A stretch of 64,000 nt of DNA from Gnetum montanum (Eukaryota; Plantae; Gnetophyta), in assembly GCA_015680685.1 (NCBI GenBank), contig MNCI01003331.1, positions 123,604-187,603 of the forward strand. Reading direction: 5' to 3'. Shown here piece after piece: positions 1-12,749 of this stretch. Within the stretch, counting starts at the first letter, position 1. Each line of letters opens with the position of its first letter. A model generated the notes under the pieces. That model ran no database searches. It saw only the letters and a program-made list of their open reading frames with translations, and had not been told where the DNA came from. The translations under genes were made by a program, and so were the position numbers.

Positions 1-2650
1 TCATGTTGATGAAACATAAAAATCTCATCATTAGAAATATTTGAACAGATAGAGGAGGAGAGTTTATCAACAATAGATTCACTAAATTCTGTACTAAGGA
101 AGATATATTTCATTAAAACACTTGTGGATACATTCCACAATAAAATAACATAGGTGAGAGGAAAAATAGAATATTGCAAGATAGAATGAGATACCTTTTT
201 AAACATGCTAAACTAACAAATTCTATTGGAGCATGACACTAACTATGAAAAATTAACTTATAAATAAAGTGATTAATAAAAATAATAATAATAAAAACTC
301 CTTATGAGATGTTTCATGGAAGACTTCTTAACATTTCTCACATGAAGACATTTGGATGTCACTACTATGTTAAGACACCAAAGCAAATTTTGAGCAAGTT
401 AGATGATAGAGGAAAGACATGAATCTTCCTTGGATATGATTCTAAAATTAGTGGATACAATTGTTATGATCCTATTGAATAAAAATGATATTAATCAAGG
501 GATGTCATCTTTCTAAAGATAAATTTGGGACAATAGATTTTCAACAAGGTTTTCAAAAGATGGACACTCAACTCAACCCAAAATCTTGGATACAAAGGAG
601 TCATCCTCAAAACTCAAATGCTAGATGTAAACTTTGAGAGGTAAATAATAAGATCTAGTGCTATTACCAACATGACATATTTAGCACTATCTTAAGAATT
701 TAATATTTTGGAAGAAGCTATAAAAATGAAATAGTGGAGAAAAGGTATGGACAACAAATATGGAGTCATAATGAAGCATCACACTTGGGAGCTAGTAAAT
801 GAACTCAAAGAAAAGAAATTCATAGATTGTAAATGGCTATACAAAAGTAAATTCAATGAAAAAGAAGTAATCGTCAAAAAAAACAAAAAGGACATGTAGC
901 TAAAGGATTGAAACAAAAGAAACATATAGACTATGAGGAGATATTTGTAGCACTGGCAAGGTTTGAAATAATCAAACTCATCCTTTCTATAGCTATCCAT
1001 TACTATCTTAAAATTCATCAAGTGGATATGAACTTAACCTTCCTTAATGGTCACATCAATGAAGAAGTCTATGTCTACAAACTTGAAGGATATGTCATCA
1101 AAGGAAAAGCAGATAAGGTCTGCAAACTAAATAAAGCATTGTATGGATTAAAGTAGGCTCAAAGGGCATGGTTTCATAGAATTAATGACTATTTGCTAAA
1201 AGGAGGATATCCATCTTGTATGTTTAAGTCCACTTTGTATTACAAATATGATAATCTAGATTTCATCATAATCTTACTATATGTGGATGATCTTATCTTC
1301 CTATCCAAAACAATAAATTGATAGAAGAAATCAATCTTGGTATAAAGAGTGAATTTGAGATGAAAGACTTAGAAGAATTGAAATACTTTCTTAGAATTTA
1401 AGTTAAGCAAGACAAGGAGGAAATCAAAGTCCATTAAACCAAATATGCTTTATTCATACTAGAATGATATAAAATCAGCAAAGAAAAATTACAATATCTC
1501 CACTTCCTCATAATTTGAAGCTTTAATATAAGGATATTGCACCTCTTATAAATGTAACTCAATATAGAAGTATGATTGGAGTGATCAAATTTCTATGCCA
1601 CACAAGACCAAATCTTGAGTTTGTTATATCCTACCTATCATGATTCATGCCAAAATGAAGGCAAAGCCACCTCAATGCTTTCACATATATTATAAGCTAC
1701 ATTAAAGGCACAATATATCATGGACTCATTTATACCAAAGGAAATGAAAAATTTCATACTTATTTAGATGGTGAATAGGGAGGAGATAATAATGATAGAA
1801 AATCTACATCATGAGTCATAATATTCTATGGGGATAATGCAGTATATTGAAAATCAAAAAAATAAACTTCAATTCATCTCTCAACTTGTGAAGTTGAATT
1901 CATAGCTATGGTTGAGTGCATACAACATATACTTTGGCTCAAGAAACTCATGATACACTTCGGATTCCAAGTTGGTCTTTCAATCAAACTATTTTGCAAT
2001 AACACAACAACCATCCAATTATCAAATAAGCATTTGCTACATAAGAAATCAAAGTACATAGACATCAAATATTACTTCATCAAATAAGAAGTGAAATAGA
2101 AAGCCATCAAACTTGAACATTTGCAAACCAATAATCTACTAACCCATTTATTGACTAAATTTATTTTAAATTATAGAAATGAGTACATTTGTCATGGTAT
2201 AGGCATAAAAAGGATTTAAGAATCAAGACAAGAAGATAAGAAAATTTATACATTTCACACTAAAGGAGGGATGGTTAGAGATAGTGTGTCATGCCCCATA
2301 TGTTCAACAAGATAAACAAGAGAAAAAAGGTTAAACTTGTAGTTTATCATGACATCAAGCAAAAAGACAACTTGATTTTTATTTTATTAAAAGATTAATG
2401 GGCAGATACAATTAGAGAATAAACCCAGTTTCTCATGTCTCTTGAATTTCTAGTCTAAATTTGCATAAAATAATCATGTCCCGTTATATTCAATTAGGGA
2501 CCCATTATTTGGCTATGAATATGTGGGTAAATCATGTTTGGAAGAGATACAATTGATGCCATTGAGGCAATTTGATGCTACAACAATAAGATAGCTTATG
2601 TTACAAAATTTTCTACTCCAATAACTTTCATCATCCGTCATCAATTCATC
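1..2650 (+). mobile_element. Degenerate Ty1/copia element, 3' half (integrase, RT, RNase H, PPT, probable 3' LTR)
   Basis: Frameshifted fragments HQVD..FLNG..EEVY, KALYGLK, YVDDL (~1280), RKSTS and SKYIDIKYYF. PPT AAAGGAGGGA at 2262-2271 is followed by TG at 2272. LTR end is uncertain. Confidence 0.9.
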
Positions 2651-2999
2651 ATATTTACTAATTCTTTCACTCAAGAAGTTGAATAATCATATTCAAGGCC
2701 ACTGATGTAATAGCTTTTTTAACTACCAGATCAACTTAAATCAATTCCAAATTTTGAAGGTAGGAATATTGTGGAAAGAGTTTTATATCATGTATTTACA
2801 TACTCCAAAGGTCTCTCCAATCACATCACAGAGATATTCATTATACAAATCACTAATTTTTATTTTGAATGTTAAAAAGTTTTATTCAAGATACCTTTTT
2901 CTAGATATATTTGAATCATCAAATAAATTCTAATTAATCTTAAATTTTACAAGTTTATAGATTGTATAATGAGTTTTCTAACAAGATCACCTAAAACTT

Positions 3000-4042
3000 A
3001 TCCAGCGTAAAGATATCGCAACTACAAAAATAAAAAATAAAAAATAAAATCGAATTTTTCTTCACACCCATTAAGTAACTACCGTTCACACCCATGAAGT
3101 AACTTGGAAAGAACTGGTGCCAGCGTACTTTCGATTTTTGTAATATGTTGAGTGAAATTCCAAAGGAAAACAATGCGCCGGCTCTCAGGTAATCGCAAAC
3201 ACTGACAAGACTTAGTGGTTTTCAGGGTGTAAGAATTTACCGTGGTTACCTTCCTTCAAATGGATGGAAGGAAGAAAGGAATGATCCTCTTATTAAAGAG
3301 AATGAATGACAATGATGGAATTTTACAACTTTTGGAAAAAGAAACTGTATTCTTTATTTCAAAGTTGTTCTGCTACAATAATTGTGCCTTTAACTTTTCT
3401 GTGCTTTGGCAAAAGCAAAAGAAATAGCTTGCCCTGCACATCTCAGTTTACTCAGATGCCGTCGGCACACCAGAGAATGAGCGTTAATATCCCAATGTCT
3501 CCTCTGAATTGCATGCTTTGAATTCGCAGCATTAGAAACAGAGTGTTTGCCAACTGCAATAGAATTGAAAAATGGGGAGACTTAGATTATGCAAAAAATG
3601 CTGGAAATTTCCAAGCAGATGCTTCACATTCACTGCAAATCAAAAACAACCTTCAACACGAATGCCTACTTCCATAACTTGGATTCACTTAACGATTTGG
3701 ATTTGATAGTGGCATGTGATCAGATTCTGGCATTGTTTCAGGAAATAGAGGTGAGTTTGCTGATCTGTTTTCTTTTTTCTTTTCTTTACTACGTTTTTTT
3801 GTTTACCTTGGATGAATCTTAAGATCTAAGTGTTCAATTTTTTGAATCATTGTATTATGCATGTGATTTGTTCAGGATTCAAGGAAATGTGCTACTTAGC
3901 CAAGCTCTTATATGAGGTAAGACATCCGATGATTGAAATCCAAAAATTGGAGGAAGAAAATTACAGGGGCGTGGACCTGTTGCTACAAGGTTCTATTACG
4001 CGCTCTGTTCATGCAAATCCCTCCAAACTTATGAGGTAATTT
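3000..4042 (+). other. CpG-retaining gene-like island upstream of the copia insertion (unidentified gene or pseudogene exons)
   Basis: Many CpGs unlike the flanks. Splice-like sites GAG|GTGAGT at 3751, TTCAG| near 3875 and GAG|GTAAG near 3916. ORF 3589-3750 MQKMLEISKQ...FQEIE has no recognised homologue. Confidence 0.35.
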
Positions 4043-4520
4043 TGTAACAATTGTGGAAACATGCCTCCTACGTAAACATGGAAAGTTCTAAAAACGATTC
4101 AACTTTCTATTGTAATAGCTTTGGACAACAACATGACAGTTTTCGTTGCCATCCATCGGTGGCAATCGATTCATTGTTATCTGATAATGGTCTCATATTT
4201 TTCTAATAAATGGTAACTGATTTCGAGGCTTTCGGATTCTTGATGGGAGAACAAGGCACGGGAATCAATTGCAGTATAGCAGTTCAGGTCCCTTTCACAG
4301 TCGCTTACAGTCTGCATACACCATCACCGCAGAGCGCCCGTGTAAAAGAAGATCCAGAACATTCAGGCATCAATGGCATCAATGGCTGGAGGTCAGTTCG
4401 ATCTGTTTTTCAAATTGATTTGTGCATTTTTGTTTCATGCACATTTCTAGATTAAGAGATCTATTTTTACATGCTTCCGCTTGTTCAATCCGGTTTTGAT
4501 GCACGTAAGATCTTCTAACA
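4043..4520 (+). repeat. 5' LTR (478 bp, TG...CA)
   Basis: TGTAACAA...TTCTAACA. Matches 10889-11461 with about 16 substitutions counted by eye. Confidence 0.95.
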
Positions 4521-4522
4521 TT

Positions 4523-4534
4523 TGGTATTGGAGC
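4523..4534 (+). promoter_or_regulatory. Primer binding site (tRNA-iMet type, mutated)
   Basis: TGGTATTGGAGC two bases after the LTR end, versus canonical TGGTATCAGAGC. Confidence 0.8.
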
Positions 4535-5883
4535 AAGATAGATCTCTGCCTTGATGCTTAGTTTTGGTTTTCTAGGTTTTGCCTTGTTTGCGTTTCTGGT
4601 GTCCAGCTCCGTTTCTTTGTTGTTGCTTGAAACCCTACCGCGAGAGCCGCTTCCAGTTCCAATGTCCATTTTGCGTATTTTCTTTTCGATTGCGGAACTC
4701 CTGCCCGTGCGCTCCGATCTGCGGATTTGGCCTCAGAATATTTAAGGTTGCAGAGCTGAGGTTATTTTTTTATTGCTCGTCCGGGTGTGTTTCTCGAGCT
4801 AGTCATGGCGCGGCTTTAAAGAGGAATCGGTAGCACCTGTTTAGCTGTTGCGTCAGTGTGTTTTGCTGCCAAATTAAACACCTGCCCTCTCTGTGTCTTG
4901 CTCCTTATCTGCTTTTGAATTGCGTTACTGATTGCCTCTCTTTTCCTCTGTTTCTGCTTTTGCATTGCATTACGCTATTGGAGAATTTCGGGGTTTTGTT
5001 TTCTAAAAGTTCTGGCTTGGATTCTGACTTGCTATGGTCTGCAAGCCTGCCTGAAGCCCATTTTGTTGAAGGAGCAGGGGAGTGTTTTTCCTGTGAAAGG
5101 TAGTTTCAGAAATGGCGGGTGGATCCCGTGGACAAGTAATTTAAGGCTGCATTTGGGGATATATCTATCCTGAATTCTTGGCTAGTCGAGATTGGGATTT
5201 GGTTTTATATGCGATTATTTGGCCATATTTTCCGAGGTTCATACCGATAAATGATGCCTTGGTAATTTTTTTTTTTAAATTCTGGTTTCTGGAGAAACTG
5301 CACATATTTTATTCTACGATTGCGGCAATTGTTCGCGCATGCTGTAAGATCCGCTTAAGGTTGAATTTGCTGCTGTGGTTTTTTTTTTTAACCTGCTGAG
5401 ATTTTGAATCGCTTATTTTGGACCTGGGGAAGGGACTGTTACATTTAATTTATTCAATGGATGTAGTTTATTACATGCGATTTTCAATATGGCTATGAAA
5501 ATAACATAAACCGTTTCACACGTAAACTATTTATCATGTTGAATGTTGGCCTTTAAAATATTTAATTTGCTCACATGGGTGAGTAATTTTGGCATTATGG
5601 AATGACAGTTTTTTTTTTTTACACTACCATTTTTTGAAATAAGGATGCATTGATTTAAATGATTCATATGGAAGAAAATATATATATAGATATATATTCC
5701 ATTGTTGTTTTGAAAAATGGCAATTATGGACTCATGTTTTGGTGTTTCTCAAGCAAGAAATGATTGTAGGTTTTTTCATGCTTCCTTAGAATTTAATTGC
5801 ATTTTGTCAATACTGATTTTGATGCATAATGTAATCGTATGTATAACAAGAAAGAAAATTTTTGCATCATTTACTAGTGATCC

Positions 5884-6480
5884 TTATAATTTGTATAGTC
5901 ATAGAGTGGCCACAACATCTTTGATTATACAAAATTATAAATTAAGAGTTTTGGATCACATAAGTAATTGTGATTAATCACATGTAATATAATAGACTTT
6001 ATCCCACAGGAATTTCTATTATATTTAATGTGGTCAATCAGGATGAAATGTTGAATTATTTTTCTTAATTTGCCCACAGGGATTAAGAAAAGGCATATAA
6101 TTCAATAGTTTCCTCATAAGGATATATGGATCTATTTGAATTAAAATTTAGCCCACAGGCAATTTTATGTCATTTGATTCATATCTTGCATGTTTTACAT
6201 TGGTAAATGTGCCCTAAGGTATTTCATCACATATATAGTATTGTGATTAATCATCTGTCATATGATAGATTTTGTCCCACATGAATTTCCATTATATTTA
6301 CAGTGATTAATCAGGGTGAAGTATTGAATTATTTTTCTTAATTTGCCCACAGGGATTAAGAAAAGGAATATAGTTTAATAGCTTCATCATAAGGATATAT
6401 GAGTCTGTTTGAATTAAAATTTAGCCCACAGGCAATTTTATGTCATGTGATTCATATTTTTGCATGTTTACATTGGTACA
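5884..6480 (+). repeat. Stem-loop array with 273-bp tandem duplication in copia 5' leader
   Basis: CCCACAGG-type loops at 6003, 6073, 6152, 6276 (CCCACATG), 6346 and 6425 (period 273), each closed by an inverted repeat, for example TTTTCTTAAT...ATTAAGAAAA. Confidence 0.9.
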
Positions 6481-6538
6481 CATGTCCTATAGTTTATAGC
6501 CTAAAATTTAGTGACATAAGCATGTTTATTTTGCAGCT

Positions 6539-9500
6539 ATGCAACCTGTAAATTACTCTGACTCTAAATGTGACATTCCTGAATTGATGGGTGATAATTA
6601 CAAGGTGTGGAAGGAGAGAATTCTCCTTCATTTAGGATGGATGGACATTGATTATGCTATCCGTAAGGATGAACCACCTGTGGTTAATGCAACCAACCAT
6701 CCAGATGATATTGGTCTTTATGATAAATGGGAGCGATCTAATCGTCTCTGTGTAATGTTCACAAAAACCAAGATCTCAGCTGGTATACGTGGATCATTGG
6801 AACAGTATAACAATGTGCACGCTTTGTTAAAAGCTATTGATGAACAATTTGAAACATCAGACAAAGCGTTGGCCAGCACCTTGATAATGAAGTTTTCATC
6901 CATGAAGCTCACTAGAATTGGTGGTGTGTGTGAGCACATCATGCACATGAGGGACATAGCGGCTCAACTAAAAATGCTTGAGGTTGAGATGTCTGAATCT
7001 TTCCTTGTGCACTACATCCTAAACACGCTCCCACCGCAGTATGGACCCTTTAAGATTTCTTACAACACACATAAGGACAAATGGTCAATTAATGAATTGA
7101 TGACCATGTGTGTGCAAGAAGAGGGTAGACTTGCCATGGAAGCGAAGGAAAGTGTGCATCTGGCCATGCAAGGAAAGAATACAAAACAAGTCAACACTAA
7201 AGGGAAGGGAAAAATCCCTCCACAAGCTGATATCAAGAAGGAATCTAGATGCTTTTTCTGTAAAAAGAAAGGGCACATAAAGAAAGATTGCCTTAAACAT
7301 CAGAGATGGCTTGAAAAGAAAGGTACTCAATCCTCATTTGTTTGTTTTGAATCTAATATGGTTGATGTTAGTCATAACACATGGTGGATTGACTCCGGTT
7401 CTACAATCCATGTTACTAATTCCTTGCAGGGATTAGCAAACCTAAGGAAGCCAGTAGGAAGTGAGTCATGCATCTATTCGGGCAACAAGATGCGCTCACA
7501 TGTGGAAGCGATTGGCACATGCAAATTAGTTTTAAGTAGTGGTTTTGTTTTGGATTTGGAAAGGACATTTTACATTCCTTGTTTTTCAAGGAATTTAATT
7601 TCTGTATCAAGGCTTGTATCATTGGGATTTTCCTTTAACTTTTCAGATACTATGTTCAGTGTATCTTATAGATCTGAAATAGTTGGAAATGGTACATTAA
7701 CAGATGGTCTTTTTCAACTTAATTTACAAAACGACACTTCTTACACTTCTATGCATGTTCATGCTGGCATTAAGCGATGTGTTATGAATGAGGAATCCTC
7801 TATGTTATGGCATCGTAGATTAGGCCATATCTCCATTGAGAGAATCAAGCGCTTGGTAACTGATGGAGTACTTAGTACTCTTGATTTTACTGACTTTGAC
7901 ACTTGTGTAAACTGCATAAAGGGAAAGCAGACCAATGTGTCAAAGAAAGGTGCCAAGAGGAGTTCTGCCATATTAGAAATCATACATACGGATATTTGTA
8001 GTCCAGATATGGATGCATATGATCAACGGTATTTCATTACCTTTATTGATGACTACTCACGATACATGTATCTCTACTTGCTTCATCACAAAAATGAAGC
8101 TTTAGATGCCTTTAAGGTATTTAAGGCTGAAGTAGAGAAACAATGCGGTAAGCAAATAAAGATAGTGAGGTCTGATAGAGGTGGTGAATACTATGGTAGA
8201 TACACTGATGATGGACAAGCACCTGGTCCCTTTGCTAAGTTTCTTCAAGAGCATGGGATTGTTGCCCAATACACTATGCCTGGTTCTCCGGACCAAAATG
8301 GTGTGGCAGAAAGAAGAAACCGAACATTATTGGACATGGTGCGGAGTATGCTTAGCAGCTCCAAGCTTCCTAAGTCTTTGTGGAATGAAGCCCTTAAGAC
8401 GGCAGTGTATATATTAAACCGAGTTCCAACCAAGGCTGTCTCTAAGACACCATTTGAATTGTGGAAAGGTTGGAAACCGAGTTTGCGACATATACGCATT
8501 TGGGGATGCCCGTCTGAGGTAAGAGTCTATAATCCACAAGAGAAGAAGCTAGACCCTAGGACCATAAGTGGGTATTTCGTTGGATATGCCGAACGGTCTA
8601 AGGGATACAGATTTTATTGTCCATCACATACTACTAGGTTTGTGGAATCAAGGAATGCTAAATTTCTTGAGAATGACTTGATTAGTGGGAGTCATCATTC
8701 CTGGAACGAAATTCCAGCGACTGATCATGCGGATGCTCAACCCTCTACTTCAAGTACTCGATTGATTGTTGTACACAACACGCCTACAGTACAAATACGT
8801 GATGTACATCCACCAGTCGTTGAAGTTCCACAAACTGCTGGTCAAGACATAGTAGATCCAGCTGAACAACAGATACCAGTTCCTGTTGAACAGCCCGTTG
8901 ATCATCTTGCCCCTCAGGAGCCTGATGAACCAACATTAAGATGATCTACTAGAATAAAGCGATCAGGCATTCCTAGTGACTATATAGTGTATCTACAGGA
9001 ATTTGACTACAACATAGGAGCCGAAAATGATCCTGACACGTTTTCACAAGCCATGAGTTGTAAGGAATCCGACTTATGGTATGATGCCATGAAAGATGAG
9101 ATGAACTCTATGTCCACTAATGGAGTCTGGGATCTTGTCAAGTTGCCCAATGGTGTTAAAGCCATAGGATCCAAATGGGTCTTCAAGACTAAAAGAGACT
9201 CCTTGGACAACATTGAAAGATATAAGGCTAGACTTGTTGCCAAAGGGTTAACTCAGCATGAGGAAATAGATTACATGGAGACCTTTTCTCCTGTATCTAG
9301 GAAGGACTCCCTTCATGTGATCATGGCATTGGTAGCTCACTTTGATTTTGAACTACATCAAATGGATGTGAAAACAGCATTCCTTAATGGTGATTTAGAG
9401 GAAGAGGTTTATATGAAACAACCTGAAGGATTCTCCTCTAATGATGATGAGCAATTGGTATGCAAGCTTAAAAAGTCTATACATGGCTTGAAACAGGCCT

Positions 9501-10600
9501 CCCGTCAGTGGTATTTGAAATTCCATGATTTCATCTCTTCATTTGGCTTTGAAGAAAACATTATGGATCAATGCATATACCAGAAGGTCAGTGGGAGTAA
9601 AATCTGTTTTCTTGTCCTCTATGTGGATGATATCCTTCTTGCAACCAATGATCATGGATTTTTATATGCGGTGAAACAATTTCTCTCTAAGAATTTTGAC
9701 ATGAAGGATATGGGTGAGGCATCTTATGTCCTTGACATTAAGATCCATAAGGATAGATCTAGATATATTTTGGGTCTATCACAGGAAACCTATATCAATA
9801 AAGTTCTAGAGAGGTGTCGGATGAAAGATTGTTCACCAAGTATTGCACCCATTGTAAAGGGTGACAGGTTCAATTTGAACCAGTGCCGTATGAATGATTT
9901 AGAGAAAAGTCACATGAGCAACATTCCATATGCTTCAGCTGTTGGAAGCCTTATGTATGCTCAGGTCTACACATGACCTGACATTGCATTTGCTATGGGG
10001 ATGTTGGGCCGATATCAGAGTAATCCAGGTATCGACCACTGGAAGGCTGCAAAGAAAGTCATGAGGTACCTTCAAGGTACAAAGGATTACATGCTTATGT
10101 ATCGACGAACTGACCATTTGGAGGTGATTGGCTACTCCGCTTCAGACTTTGTTGGCTACGTTGATTCCAGGAAATCAACATCAGGTTATGTTTTTATGCT
10201 AGCTGGAGGAGCCATCTCCTGGAGGAGTGGAAAGCAAACCTTGGTTGCTACTTCCACAATGAAGGCAGAGTTCGTTTCTTGTTTTGTGGCTACTTCACAT
10301 GGTGTATGGTTAAATAGTTTCATATCAGGGCTTAGAATTATGGATTCAATATCTAGGCCATTACAGATATTTTGTGATAATTCAGCTGTTGTCTTTATGG
10401 CTAAGAATAATAAGAGTGGCAGTCGAAATAAACACGTTGACATAAAGTACTTAGCCATAAGGGATCGCATTAAAGAAAATAAAGTGGTCATAGATCATAT
10501 CAGCACTGAATTAATGCTAGCTGATCCTTTGACCAAAGGAATGCCACCACGGTCATTCAAGGATCATGTCACTCCGATGGGACTTGGTTCCATGATGTAA
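6539..10600 (+). pseudogene. Copia Gag-Pol polyprotein, one frame with two nonsense codons
   Basis: ORFs 6539-8944, 8987-9976 and 9995-10600 share a frame. Motifs: CFFCKKKGHIKKDC, WWIDSGST, LWHRRLGH, HTDIC/RSDRGGEY/NGVAERRNR, YVDDILL, ADPLTK. The stops are LR*STR and YT*PD (CGA>TGA). The RNase H motif YSDSD reads YSASD. Confidence 0.97.
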
Positions 10601-10877
10601 TATGTTGTACAACATTACAGTGTTAATGAAACTCTATTCAGTTGTGCATTTTCTCATACAGTTGCGCATAAAGTCATTAGAGAACACACACATAGAGGAT
10701 GGACCGCGAATAAACATTGGGTTTGTTCATACAGTTAAAGTTACCATATAAAGGAATTGACTTTAAGAAATAATACATTGTAATACATGGAAGATACTAC
10801 TCGCATTAAGAGGAACTATCACCATGATTCATGTATTTATTTCTTGAAAGTTGAATATTAGAATAAATATGGAGACC

Positions 10878-10888
10878 AAGTGGGAGAT
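10878..10888 (+). promoter_or_regulatory. Polypurine tract
   Basis: AAGTGGGAGAT immediately before the TG of the 3' LTR. Confidence 0.9.
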
Positions 10889-11461
10889 TGTAACAATTGT
10901 GGAAACATGCCTCCTACGTAAACATGGAAAGTTCTAAAAACGATTCAACTTTCTATTGTGATAGCTTTGGACAGCAACATGATAGTTTTCGTTGCCATCC
11001 ATCAGTGGCAATCGATTCATTGTTATCTGATAATGGTCTCATATTTTTCTAATAAATGGTAACTGATTCCGAGGCTTTCGGGTTCTTGATGGGAGAACAA
11101 GGCACGGGAAGCAATTGTAGTATGGCAATCGATTCATTGTTATCTGATAATGGTCTCATATTTTTCTAATAAATGGTAACTGATTCCGAGGCTTTCGGGT
11201 TCTTGATGGGAGAACAAGGCACGGGAAGCAATTGCAGTATAGCAGTTCAAGTCCCTTTCACAGTCGCTTATAGTCTGCATACACCATCACCGCAGAGCGC
11301 CCGTGTGAAAGAAGATCCAGAATATTCAGGCATCAATGGCATCAATGGCTGGAGGTCAGTTCGATCTGTTTTTCAAATTGATTTGTGCATTTTTGTTTCA
11401 TGCACATTTGTAGATTAAGAGATCTGTGTTTACATGCTTCTGCTTGTGCAATCCGGTTTTG
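10889..11461 (+). repeat. 3' LTR with internal 117-bp tandem duplication, 3'-truncated
   Basis: Copies at 11006-11122 and 11123-11239. Homology to the 5' LTR stops after CCGGTTTTG. Confidence 0.93.
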
Positions 11462-12222
11462 CTTTCCCTTGTGGCATCGTTGGTTTGCTTCGAAAGTTTT
11501 TGTAATGAACATAGTTTATTAGTAAGATTGAGGAAAACCAATCTATCTTATATTGTGATAAAGCTTAGAACTGAAGTGTAAGCTTTCAAGTTTCCAATCA
11601 TGGATAGCTTTGTAACATAACAGCATTGGCTATCTGACTTTGACTGCCATTATTAACAAATTCAGATTAGGCATAATAAGGCTTGGAATGATACACCTTT
11701 GCAAATCTTAAACATAGTAAATGAAACTTAGCGCGTGCAGATTGCAATTTAACAGCAACAGCTTTAAATATATTAATTGAATTTTTAATCTTTCATTTTT
11801 CGAGAATGCATGTAAAAATTATGTACTACGCGTAGAGGAGCAAGTAAAAGTGGGTCAAAAGGACCGCTGTTATTGTCAACAATAACATATATGAATTCAT
11901 TAGACATTTACGGGGCTCCCCTGTTCGTGTATGTAAGCAATCAGCATGGATACTTTTTTTCGTTAATGTTCTTGTTATTGCACTTGGAGCATCTGAAACA
12001 ATATGAATTGGCTGCCTCAGGCAGAGCAATCAATCCCGAAAAGTACGCTGCAATTCCTAAGAAAATTTTGATTTTTTGTTAATTATGAAGGTACTTGTTA
12101 ATAAATTTTACTTTTAAGGGAATGGAGTAAACACTTTTTCTTGAGTACGATTTTTTTACAAGTTTGTTTGTTTTAATTATGAAATTTTTCTAAAAGCTAT
12201 TATAAGATTTAGAGTCTTGTAG

Positions 12223-12417
12223 AATCGTGGTTCTTTTGAACTCCGTGATAGAGGGTTGCTGTGCGTAGAGAATGATGACGGTTGGTATGCATATGTACCA
12301 TACATTATTTGGCAGCACGTGGTTGCAACACAAAACCCCAGGCGCTGCTTTATTGGGTCATGGACGGAAGCCCAAGCATTCGACAATCAACTCCACATGG
12401 ATGCCTTTCAAGACGAG
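12223..12417 (+). CDS. Probable internal exon of an unidentified gene
   Basis: TTGTAG|AAT...GAG|GTAAGT, 195 bp, open, phase 0/0, CpG-rich: NRGSFELRDRGLLCVENDDGWYAYVPYIIWQHVVATQNPRRCFIGSWTEAQAFDNQLHMDAFQDE. Confidence 0.55.
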
Positions 12418-12749
12418 GTAAGTAGCATACATGAGCCATTTAAATATTATTTCTTATTTTTTTTAAAGAAAATATGAACAATGAAATTTAGGTAGCAAAT
12501 GTTATTTTGTGTTTTTTTTACATTCACATGAAATTTTTGTTGTAGAATTATTTCTATAGAGTACATGTTGAAAATCTTACTGAAAATTGAAGCTTTAATA
12601 TATTTAAGGACATAATATCTTTTAGAAAAATATTACATTTTTTTGAAAAATGAAGAAAAAGTGCAAATTGACCAAGTATTAATAAGGGCAACAAAAATAA
12701 ATCATATAAGTTTTTTGATGTAACATTTTAATGTTATCTCAAATAGGTA

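Larger units (their letters stand above)
4043..11461 (+). mobile_element. Near-intact Ty1/copia LTR retrotransposon (TAR-like lineage)
   Basis: Paired LTRs, PBS, gag-PR-INT-RT-RH order and PPT are all present. The 3' LTR lacks its last ~22 bp and no TSD was found. Confidence 0.97.

Noticed and set aside
4210-5399. Short ORFs in the LTR and leader (also 11173-11418)
   Set aside because: They overlap LTR and GC-richer leader sequence, have no recognisable domains, and are expected by chance.
5960-6480. CRISPR-like array
   Set aside because: Eukaryotic TE leader with only an 8-9 nt conserved core, duplicated spacers and no cas genes.
8942-9976. Programmed TGA read-through in Gag-Pol
   Set aside because: Both TGAs replace conserved Arg codons (RRS, TRPD), consistent with simple CpG deamination.
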